In this document: piece after piece, positions 47,964 through 56,201 of the stretch
Position numbering within the stretch: position 1 is the first letter of the stretch
Layout: the number at the start of each line of letters is the position of its first letter
Assembly: GCA_963716255.1 (NCBI GenBank)
Contig: OY970303.1
Coordinates: 7,328,001 to 7,392,000 of the forward strand
Reading direction: 5' to 3'
From: an uncultured Gemmatimonadales bacterium
GTDB taxonomy: Bacteria > Gemmatimonadota > Gemmatimonadetes > Longimicrobiales > Longimicrobiaceae
DNA length: 64,000 bases
Made by a program: the position numbers and the translations under genes
Notes under the pieces: generated by a model
What the model saw: the letters and a program-made list of their open reading frames with translations, nothing else
Databases searched by the model: none
What the model was told of the DNA's origin: nothing

Positions 47964-49934
47964 ATGACCGAGCCGCCCGTCTCGCGACGCCTGCGCATCC
48001 TGGCGTTCGACCCGAGCCTGGCCACCCGCCTGGACACGGCCACGATCAACGAGATCACCGTGCAGGTGCCCTGGGAGGATGACCTGCTCCCGGGCCCGGT
48101 GGGGGAGTACGTGGAGGTGGTCGACTGCGACCCGGCGAGCGGCGTGGTCTACCCGCCGGTGGACCTGGACGACCGGTACGTGCTCGCGCAGGACGGCCTG
48201 CCCCCGTCCGAGTCGGACCCCCGCTTCCACCAGCAGATGGTGTACGCGGTGGCGATGACCACCATCCGCCACTTCGAGCGCGCGCTGGGGCGCGTCGCCC
48301 TGTGGGCCGACCACCGCTTCCGGACGGACCGCGGCGAGCTCCGCACGCAGTTCGTCCGGCGGCTGCGCATCTACCCGCACGCGGTGCGCGACCGCAACGC
48401 GTACTACAGCCCCGCCAGGAAGGCGCTGCTCTTCGGGTACTTTCCCGTGGACGCGGGGGACGAACACGAGGCGCCGGGCACGCTGGTGTTCACCTGCCTG
48501 TCCCACGACGTGGTGGCGCACGAGGTGACGCACGCGCTGCTGGACGGGGTCCACCCGCGCTTCAACGAGCCCAGCAACCCCCACGTGCACGCCTTCCACG
48601 AGGCGTTCGCGGACATCGTGGCGCTGTTCCAGCACTTTTCCTACTTGGCGGTGCTGGAAAGCCAGATCCGCAGGACGCGGGGCGACCTGCACACGGAAAG
48701 CCTGCTGGCCCAGCTGGCGCACCAGTTCGGGCGGGCCACCGGGCGCGGCTCGGCGCTCCGCGACGCGCTCGGCGAGACGGACCCGGACACCGGCGCGTGG
48801 AAGCCGCGGCGCCCCGATCCCCGCGCGCTGCGCGCGGCGAGCGGGCCGCACGCGCGCGGCTCGGTGCTGGTGGCGGCGGTGTTCCGCGCCTTCCTCCTCA
48901 TCTACCGCGCGCGCACTGCGGACCTGTTCCGCATCGCGTCGCAGGGCACGGGCACGCTGCCGGCGGGCGACATCCACCCCGACCTGGCGCAGCGGCTGGC
49001 CGCGGAGGCGGCCCGGTGCGCCGAGCGGGTGCTGCAGATGTGCATCCGCGCCATCGACTACTGCCCGCCCGTGGACATCACCTTCGGCGACTTCCTGCGG
49101 GGCGTGATCACGGCGGACCTGGACTACGCTCCCGAGGACCCGGCCGGCTTCCGCATCGTGTTCATCGAGAGCTTCCGGGAGTGGGGGATCCATCCGCGCG
49201 GGGTGACCAGCCTGGGGATCGACGCCCTGGCGTGGCCCCGCGGCGACGATCTGCTGCAGGACCACGGCGGCGGGGTCCCCGCCGGGCTCGCCGGGGTCGA
49301 CGTCCGGCGGAACCTCAGGGAGTTCGCGGCCTCGGCCATGGGCGCCTGGGACCTGGAGAGCAGCCGCTACGAGGTGTGGAAGCGGCTCGCCCCCGCCCGC
49401 GCGAGGCTCCGGGAGTGGCTGCACGACGGCGACGGAATGGGCCGCCACTACGCCAGGCTCTTCGGCCTGGTGGTGGATCCTGCCGCCCCGCCCACCGTGG
49501 CCCGCGACCGGTGGGGGGAGCCGGCGGTGGAGGTGCACGCGGTCCGCCCCGCGCTGCGGCGCACGCTGGGCGGGGGCGCGCGGACCGACCTGGTGATCGA
49601 GGTGACGCAGCGCCGCTTCGGCTACTTCGAGCGGGAGGTGCAGGCGGGCGTGGACCGCGGCGAGCGCTCGCCGGACGACTGGCCGCACGACTTCGTCTTC
49701 CGCGCGGGGTGCACCGTCCTCGTGGACCCGGTGACGGCGGAGGTGCGGCGCGTGATCCGCACCGCCGCCCCGGTGGACGACGACGACGAACTGGAGCGGG
49801 TGCGGCGGTTCCACGCCGGCGAGGCGGGCGCCGCCGGCAACGCGTTCGACGCGGGGCTCCCGGGAAGCCTGGGGCGGCTGGGCGTCACCCGGCGCGACGA
49901 GCCCTTCGCCATGCTTCACCGGATGGAGGCGTGA
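47964..49934 (+). CDS. Gluzincin (M4/M36-like) metallopeptidase, no signal peptide
   Basis: NAYYS, SHDVVAHEVTHALLDG, AFHEAFAD, GPHARG; FHQQMVYAV. Confidence 0.85.
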   Translation: MTEPPVSRRLRILAFDPSLATRLDTATINEITVQVPWEDDLLPGPVGEYVEVVDCDPASGVVYPPVDLDDRYVLAQDGLPPSESDPRFHQQMVYAVAMTTIRHFERALGRVALWADHRFRTDRGELRTQFVRRLRIYPHAVRDRNAYYSPARKALLFGYFPVDAGDEHEAPGTLVFTCLSHDVVAHEVTHALLDGVHPRFNEPSNPHVHAFHEAFADIVALFQHFSYLAVLESQIRRTRGDLHTESLLAQLAHQFGRATGRGSALRDALGETDPDTGAWKPRRPDPRALRAASGPHARGSVLVAAVFRAFLLIYRARTADLFRIASQGTGTLPAGDIHPDLAQRLAAEAARCAERVLQMCIRAIDYCPPVDITFGDFLRGVITADLDYAPEDPAGFRIVFIESFREWGIHPRGVTSLGIDALAWPRGDDLLQDHGGGVPAGLAGVDVRRNLREFAASAMGAWDLESSRYEVWKRLAPARARLREWLHDGDGMGRHYARLFGLVVDPAAPPTVARDRWGEPAVEVHAVRPALRRTLGGGARTDLVIEVTQRRFGYFEREVQAGVDRGERSPDDWPHDFVFRAGCTVLVDPVTAEVRRVIRTAAPVDDDDELERVRRFHAGEAGAAGNAFDAGLPGSLGRLGVTRRDEPFAMLHRMEA

Positions 49935-49936
49935 CG

Positions 49937-51451
49937 ATGCCCAGGCTCAGGCCGCCCGGGGACGGCGCGACCGTCCGCATGTACCGGCAGGGCCACGGCG
50001 ACTGCTTCCTCCTCGCGCTGCCGCGCGACGGCGGCGGCGAGGCCGTGTACGTGCTCGTGGACTGCGGGTACAAGCCGGGCTCCCCGGCTTACCTGGGCGG
50101 CCGGACCATCGACGACGTGGTGAAGCACGTGGGCGAGGCCACCGGCTGGCACCTGGACCTGGTGGTGGTCACCCACGGGCACCAGGACCACGTCAACGGC
50201 TTCTGGAGGGAGACGTCGAACCCCTTCGCGCGGTTCCGGGTCGACGAGGCGTGGATGGCGTGGACCGAGGACCCCGCCGACGCGCTGGCGAACGAGCTGC
50301 GCGGGCGCCGCCGCGACCTCCTGCTGGGGCTGCTCGCCGCGCGGCGCAGGCTCGCCGCCGCGGCGGGCGACCAGGACCCCGTCCTGCACCGCGTGGATGG
50401 CCTGCTGGCGACGGAGCTCGGCGGGGACGGGGAGTCGCCGGAGGAGGCGGAGCGCTTCGCCGCCGGCGGCCCGGCTCGCTCCGTCAACGAGCGGGCGATG
50501 CAGCGGGTCCGGGACAAGGCGCGCGCCGGCAGGGGGGTGCGATACCTGGTCCCCGGGGAGGGTCCGCGCGCAGTCCCCGGCTCCGCGGGGGTGCGCGCCT
50601 ACGTGCTCGGCCCCCCGCGCGACGAGGCGCTGCTGCGCGACGAGGCCCCGGCGGGCGACGAGGCGTTCCCGACGGGGAGCCACGCGCGGGGGCTTTCCTT
50701 CCGCGCGGCCGTGGCCGGGGCGGGGAAGGGCGCCGCGCCCTTCAGCAGCCGACACTGCGTCCCCATGGAGCGGGCGCTGGACGAACCGGGGTCCTTTCTC
50801 GTCCGGCACTACGGGCGCGAGGGCGACGGCGTGGACGACCGGGACCACGTGGAGGTGCCGCCCGACGCGCCCTGGCGCCGCATCGACGACGAGTGGCTCC
50901 GCTCCGCCGAGGGGATGGCGCTCGCGCTGAACACCGGCGTCAACAACACCAGCCTGGTGCTCGCCTTCGAGCTGCCCCGGACCCGCAAGGTGCTGCTCTT
51001 CGTGGGCGACGCGCAGCGAAAAAGCTGGGTCTCGTGGCCGCGCTGCGAGTGGAAGGAGAACGGCGCCACGGTGACCGCGCGCGACCTCCTGGGACGCACG
51101 GTGCTGTACAAGGTGGGGCACCACGGCAGCCACGACGCCACCCTGGACGGCCGCGCCGACGATCCGCACCCCAACCTGGCGTGGATGGCCCGGGGCGAGT
51201 ACGCGGGCGAGTTCACGGCGATGATCACCGCCGTCGGCCAGTGGGCCGTGAACGACAACGACCCGCCGTGGCACCACCCGCTCCCGTCCATCCGCAGGGC
51301 GCTCCTCGAAAAGGCGCAGGGCCGGGTGTTCCAGACGGACGTGGCCCGCCCCGGGAAGCCGGCCGGCGTGCCCGACGAAGCCTGGGAAGCCTTCATGGCC
51401 CGCGCGGACTTCCAGGAGCTGTACTTCGACTGTACGATCCACGACCGGTGA
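49937..51451 (+). CDS. Metallo-beta-lactamase fold hydrolase (ComEC/Rec2-like motifs)
   Basis: GHGDCFLL, LVDCG, THGHQDH, NNTSLVL, FVGDAQ, KVGHHGSH. Confidence 0.88.
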   Translation: MPRLRPPGDGATVRMYRQGHGDCFLLALPRDGGGEAVYVLVDCGYKPGSPAYLGGRTIDDVVKHVGEATGWHLDLVVVTHGHQDHVNGFWRETSNPFARFRVDEAWMAWTEDPADALANELRGRRRDLLLGLLAARRRLAAAAGDQDPVLHRVDGLLATELGGDGESPEEAERFAAGGPARSVNERAMQRVRDKARAGRGVRYLVPGEGPRAVPGSAGVRAYVLGPPRDEALLRDEAPAGDEAFPTGSHARGLSFRAAVAGAGKGAAPFSSRHCVPMERALDEPGSFLVRHYGREGDGVDDRDHVEVPPDAPWRRIDDEWLRSAEGMALALNTGVNNTSLVLAFELPRTRKVLLFVGDAQRKSWVSWPRCEWKENGATVTARDLLGRTVLYKVGHHGSHDATLDGRADDPHPNLAWMARGEYAGEFTAMITAVGQWAVNDNDPPWHHPLPSIRRALLEKAQGRVFQTDVARPGKPAGVPDEAWEAFMARADFQELYFDCTIHDR

Positions 51452-51612
51452 GAGCGGATCCGGTTGAAACGGCCTGGTTCGGGCGTGCCCGGCCTCGATC
51501 CCGGGGCGCGCTTGCGGGCGCGGACGTTTCCGCGCACGATTACCGCGTGTCGGCACGCCGAGCCGCGCCCTCCGGCGCCCGGTGCTCCGCCGCCCCCCCG
51601 CCTCCCGGTCAG

Positions 51613-52911
51613 ATGCCTGAGCTCCGCCTCCTCCTCCGCGCGGCGCGTGCCTGCCCGGGCGCGCTGCCGCTCCTGCTCGCCGCCGCTTTCGCGGCGGCGC
51701 CGCCGGCCGCCGGCCCGGCCGGCGCGCAGCTCACGCTGCGCCTCGCCGCGGTGCCGGAGGGCACGCCGGCGGGCGCCGTCCACGTGGCCGGCACCTTCAA
51801 CCGCTGGAACCCCGCCGATCCCGCCTACCGGCTGGCGCGGCGGGGCGGGGCGTGGGAGATCACGCTCCCGGACTCGGTCCGCGGGCCTGTGGAGTTCAAG
51901 TTCACGCTGGGGTCGTGGGAGACCGTGGAGGTGGACTCCGCGGGCGGGGGCGTCGCCAACCGGAGGTTCGTGGCGCCGGCCGCGGGAGCCGCCACGTACG
52001 CCGGCGCCGTGGCCGCGTGGCGCGACCCGCGGTCGGCGCCGCGCCCCGCGTCCACCGCCACCCGCTCGGTGTCGGTGCTGGACACCGCGTTCGCCATGCC
52101 GGAGCTGGGGCGCAGGCGCCGGGTGTGGATCTACCTCCCGCCCGGCTACGCCACCTCCGGCAGGCGCTACCCCGTGCTCTACGTGCACGACGGGCAGAAC
52201 GTGTTCGACGCCGCCACCGCCTTCGCCGGCGAGTGGGGGGTGGACGAGTCGCTGGACAGCCTGCAGGCCCTGGGCGATCCCGGGGCCATCGTGGTGGCGG
52301 TGGACCACGGCGGCGAGCGCCGGCTGGACGAGTACTCGCCCTGGACCCACCCGCGGCACGGCGGCGGCCAGGGCGACGCGTACGTGGACTTCCTCGCCCA
52401 CACGCTCAAGCCCTACGTGGACCGGCGCTTCCGCACCCGTCCCGGCCGCGGGAGCACCGCCGTGGCGGGATCGAGCATGGGCGGGCTGATCTCGCTGTAC
52501 GCCGCGCTTCGCCACCCGGACGTGTTCGGGCGGGCCGCCGTCTTTTCGCCGTCGCTCTGGTTCGCGGCGGACTCCGTGCTCGCCCTCGCCCGCCGGTCGG
52601 GCCCGCCCCGCCCCGGCACCCGCATCTACATCGTCACCGGCGCGCGGGAGGGAGACACCCCCGAGGCATACGTCCGCGACCACCGCGCCCTGGTGGACAC
52701 GCTCGCGGCCGCCGGCTTCGCAGCGGGGCGCGAGGTGGAGGCGCACGTCCGCGCCGACGGCACCCACTCCGAGTGGTTCTGGCGGCGCGAGTTCCCGGCC
52801 GCGTACCGGTTCCTGTTCGGCGGCGTGCGGGAGCCGCCCCGCCCGCGCATCCCGCTCCGCAAGGACGCCGGCGGCGCCGGTCGGGACGACGCGCCGGCAG
52901 ACCCCGCTTGA
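51613..52911 (+). CDS. Secreted CBM20/48-like plus alpha/beta-hydrolase (esterase) protein
   Basis: VHVAGTFNRWNP...EFKFTLGSW; IYLPPGY, YPVLYVHDGQNVFD, GSSMGG, HSEWFW. Confidence 0.88.
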   Translation: MPELRLLLRAARACPGALPLLLAAAFAAAPPAAGPAGAQLTLRLAAVPEGTPAGAVHVAGTFNRWNPADPAYRLARRGGAWEITLPDSVRGPVEFKFTLGSWETVEVDSAGGGVANRRFVAPAAGAATYAGAVAAWRDPRSAPRPASTATRSVSVLDTAFAMPELGRRRRVWIYLPPGYATSGRRYPVLYVHDGQNVFDAATAFAGEWGVDESLDSLQALGDPGAIVVAVDHGGERRLDEYSPWTHPRHGGGQGDAYVDFLAHTLKPYVDRRFRTRPGRGSTAVAGSSMGGLISLYAALRHPDVFGRAAVFSPSLWFAADSVLALARRSGPPRPGTRIYIVTGAREGDTPEAYVRDHRALVDTLAAAGFAAGREVEAHVRADGTHSEWFWRREFPAAYRFLFGGVREPPRPRIPLRKDAGGAGRDDAPADPA

Positions 52912-52944
52912 TGGCATAGACCCGACCCCCCGAAAAGGACCGCC

Positions 52945-54591
52945 ATGCGCCGTTCCGTCCTCGCCCCGCTCTGCGCCGCCCTGCTCGCGTCCGCCGCCGC
53001 CCACGCGCAGCAGCAGGGGGCGCGCCCTCCCGTCGCGCCCGCCGCGGCCTCCTGGACCCCGGGCGCGACCTGCTACGAGGTGTTCGTGCGCTCCTTCTTC
53101 GACAGCGACGGCGACGGGGTGGGCGACCTCGACGGGCTCATCCGGAAGCTGGACTACATCAACGACGGCACCCCGGCGTCGACCGGTGACCTGGGCGCCC
53201 GCTGCATCTGGCTGATGCCGGTGGCGGCGTCGCCCAGCTACCACGGCTACGACGTGACGGACTACTACCGCGTCAACCCGGAGTACGGCACCAACGACGA
53301 CTTCAAGCGGCTGGTGGCCGAGGCGCACCGGCGCGGCATCCGCGTGCTGGTGGACATGGTGCTGAACCACTCGTCCAGCGAGCACCCCTTCTTCAAGCAC
53401 GCCGCGCTCTACACCGACTCGCCGTACCGCGACTGGTACCTGTGGCAGCCGCGGCACCCCGGGGTCAAAAACCCGTGGGGCTCGGACAACTGGCACGCGG
53501 CGCCGCTGCGGGGCGAGTACTACTTCGGCCTGTTCTGGAGCGGGATGCCGGACCTCAACGTGGAGAACCCCGAGGTGGTGCGGGAGACCAGGCGGATCGC
53601 GACGTTCTGGATCGACAGCATGGGGGTGGACGGGTTCCGGCTGGACGCCATCCGACACCTAGTGGAGGCGGACACCGGGCGTCAGGTGCAGAACCTCCCC
53701 GGCACGCACGTCTTCCTGCGCGACTACGCCGCGCACGTCCGCAGCGTCGATCCCCAGGCGTTCACCATCGGCGAGGTGTGGGACAGCACGGGCGCGATGC
53801 TCGCCTACTACCCCGACCAGCTCGACGCGCACTTCGCCTTCGAGGTGTCGGACTCCATCGTGAGCGCGGTGAAGACCGGCTCGGCCCGGGGCCTGCTCCC
53901 GCCCGTCCTGCGGCTGCAGCGCGAGCTGCCGGCGAACCGGTATTCGCCGTTTCTCCGCAATCACGACCAGACCCGCACCGTCACGGCGCTCGGCGGCGAC
54001 CCGGCCCGCGCCCGGGTGGCGGCCACCCTGCTTCTGACCCTCCCCGGCCTGCCTTTCGTCTACTACGGCGAGGAGATCGGGATGAGCGGCGACAAGCCGG
54101 ACCCGCGCCTGCGCACGCCCATGCAGTGGAGCGGCGGCCCGGCCGCCGGCTTCACCCGCGGCGTGGCCTGGGAGCCCCTGCAGCCGGATTCGCTCACGGC
54201 CAACGTGGAGGCCCAGGAGCGCGACCCCGGCTCGCTCCTCAACCTGCACCGCCGCCTGATCCACCTGCGCGCCGAGAACCCCGCGCTCGCCACCGGCGAG
54301 CTGGTGCCGCTCACGGCGAGCAGCGGCGCGGTGGCGGCGTACCTGCGCCGCGAGGGCGGACGCGCGGTGCTGGTGGTCGCCAACCTGGGCGCGGCGCCGC
54401 TTTCCCGCGTGACCCTGGCCTCTGCCGACGGCGCGCTCCCGGCGGGCCGCTACACGGTGCGCAGCCTGCTCGGCGGGCCGGGCGGCGCCGCGCTGACGGT
54501 GGGCGGGGACGGGCGCATCCGGGGATATGCCCCGTTCCGCGCGCTGGGGCCGCTGGAAAGCCACGTGCTGGAGCTTTCCGGCGGGCGGTGA
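52945..54591 (+). CDS. GH13 alpha-amylase/alpha-glucosidase, secreted
   Basis: YEVFVRSFFDSDGDGVGD, SYHGYDV, DMVLNH, DGFRLDA, IGEVW, LRNHD, YYGEEIGM. Confidence 0.93.
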   Translation: MRRSVLAPLCAALLASAAAHAQQQGARPPVAPAAASWTPGATCYEVFVRSFFDSDGDGVGDLDGLIRKLDYINDGTPASTGDLGARCIWLMPVAASPSYHGYDVTDYYRVNPEYGTNDDFKRLVAEAHRRGIRVLVDMVLNHSSSEHPFFKHAALYTDSPYRDWYLWQPRHPGVKNPWGSDNWHAAPLRGEYYFGLFWSGMPDLNVENPEVVRETRRIATFWIDSMGVDGFRLDAIRHLVEADTGRQVQNLPGTHVFLRDYAAHVRSVDPQAFTIGEVWDSTGAMLAYYPDQLDAHFAFEVSDSIVSAVKTGSARGLLPPVLRLQRELPANRYSPFLRNHDQTRTVTALGGDPARARVAATLLLTLPGLPFVYYGEEIGMSGDKPDPRLRTPMQWSGGPAAGFTRGVAWEPLQPDSLTANVEAQERDPGSLLNLHRRLIHLRAENPALATGELVPLTASSGAVAAYLRREGGRAVLVVANLGAAPLSRVTLASADGALPAGRYTVRSLLGGPGGAALTVGGDGRIRGYAPFRALGPLESHVLELSGGR

Positions 54592-54658
54592 GCCCCGGGT
54601 GCGGGCTGACGCCGCACGGACCTTATCCCGCATCGCACATTCAGACCGGAGGATTCCC

Positions 54659-55069
54659 GTGGCCGCGACAGAATCGTCCAGAGCGGCGGCGAACTTTTTC
54701 GAGGGCGTCACGCCGATCCTGAGGGTGCGGGAGCTGGCGGCCAGCGTCCGGCACTACGTGGAGGTGCTGGGCTTCCGGGTGGACTGGACGGACGAGGGGA
54801 TGGTGTCGGTGTCGCGGGACCGCTGTTCCCTCATGCTGTGCGAGAGGGCGCAGGGGAATCCCGGCACGTGGGTGTGGATCGGGGTGGAGGACGCGGGCGC
54901 GCTCCACGCCGAGTACCGGGCGAGCGGCGCCGTCATCCGCCTGGAGCCGACCGATTTCCCGTGGGCGTACGAGATGCATGTGACGGATCCGGACGGCCAC
55001 GTGCTGCGCTTCGGCTCGGAGCCGCGGGCGGATGCGCAGCCCGGGAGCCGGGCCGTGTCGTGGGACTGA
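54659..55069 (+). CDS. VOC/glyoxalase/bleomycin-resistance family protein
   Basis: TPILRV...YVEVLGF...PWAYEMHVTDPDGHVLRFG; GGAGG before the GTG. Confidence 0.88.
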   Translation: MAATESSRAAANFFEGVTPILRVRELAASVRHYVEVLGFRVDWTDEGMVSVSRDRCSLMLCERAQGNPGTWVWIGVEDAGALHAEYRASGAVIRLEPTDFPWAYEMHVTDPDGHVLRFGSEPRADAQPGSRAVSWD

Positions 55070-55127
55070 CGCTCGCGGCCAGACCGATGGTCGGTCGGCG
55101 ATCCGGCTCCGGAGCGGAGAACCGCGC

Positions 55128-55679
55128 ATGGCGGGCGTGATCCTCACGCCGGTGAGCGAGCTGATGCCGCGGGCCGAGCGCACGCTCGGCCGGGTGATGG
55201 CGCGGCTGCGGGCGCTGGCCCCGGACGCCGGGCTGCACCACATCGGCGCTACGGCGCTGCCCGGGGCGCTCACCAAGGGGGACGTGGACGTGCTGGTCCG
55301 GGTGGCGCCGGCGAAGTTCCCAGCGGTGGTGGACGTTTTGGGGCTGCACTTCGCCGTGAAGCAGCCGGCCAACTGGACGCCTTCGTTCGCCAGCTTCGGC
55401 GACGACGACGGCCACGAGCTGCCGCTGGGGATCCAGGTCGTCGTGGAGGGCGGCGCCGAGGACATCTTCCTCTTCCTCCGCGACCACTTCATCTCCAATC
55501 CCGGCGCGCTGGCCGAGTACGACCGCCTGAAGACGGCCCACGCGCCCGACGGTGCGGAGGCGTACTGGCGGGCGAAGGCCGCGTACCTGGGGAGCATCCT
55601 GGAGGGCAGGGAAGCGCGCGCCTCCGTCCCGGACCGGGACGGCCCGCCGGGCGCCGACCGCTCCCCACCCGCACCGTAG
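55128..55679 (+). CDS. GrpB-like nucleotidyltransferase family protein
   Basis: HHIGATALPGALTKGDVDVLV...FLRD...EYDRLK...YWRAKA. Confidence 0.82.
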   Translation: MAGVILTPVSELMPRAERTLGRVMARLRALAPDAGLHHIGATALPGALTKGDVDVLVRVAPAKFPAVVDVLGLHFAVKQPANWTPSFASFGDDDGHELPLGIQVVVEGGAEDIFLFLRDHFISNPGALAEYDRLKTAHAPDGAEAYWRAKAAYLGSILEGREARASVPDRDGPPGADRSPPAP

Positions 55680-55689
55680 GAGGCGACGC

Positions 55690-56055
55690 ATGATCCGGCT
55701 CGCGATCCCCGTGCTGCACGTGTCCAGCTCCGCCGCGGCGGAGGCGTTCTACGCCGGGCTCGGCTTCCGCGCGCTGTGGGCGTACCGCCCCGACGAGTCG
55801 CTGGCCGACCCGTGCTACATGGGCGTGGCGCGCGACGGGGTGACGCTGCACCTCTCGTCGTTCTCGGGGGACGGTGTCGCGGGGGGCGTCGTCTTCCTGC
55901 TCGTCGACGACGTGGACGCGCTGCACGCGGAACTCGTGGGGCGGGGGGTGCCCATCGCCCTCGCGCCGACGGACCAGACCTGGGGCAACCGCGAGATGTA
56001 CGTGAAGGACACGGACGGCAACAGTATCCGCTTCGCGCAGGAGGGCGGGGGCTAG
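55690..56055 (+). CDS. VOC/bleomycin-resistance family protein
   Basis: AIPVLHV...FYAGLGF...LHLS...WGNREMYVKDTDGNSIRF. Confidence 0.88.
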   Translation: MIRLAIPVLHVSSSAAAEAFYAGLGFRALWAYRPDESLADPCYMGVARDGVTLHLSSFSGDGVAGGVVFLLVDDVDALHAELVGRGVPIALAPTDQTWGNREMYVKDTDGNSIRFAQEGGG

Positions 56056-56201
56056 GCTGCCGTTAATCGTAACCAATGCAATGCCGTCCCAGTACTCCGC
56101 ACGTTTTTGGCCGTACGGAAACCTCGTCACTTGGGCTAAGTTTCTCTGCGAGTGTCAAGGGGCAACTCTCTCGATGAATTTCACCTAACAGGAATTACTT
56201 C

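Noticed and set aside
51478..51550. Possible further copy of the structured repeat (TTCGGGCGTGCCCGGC...)
   Set aside because: Only the first ~12 nt match; too degenerate to call.
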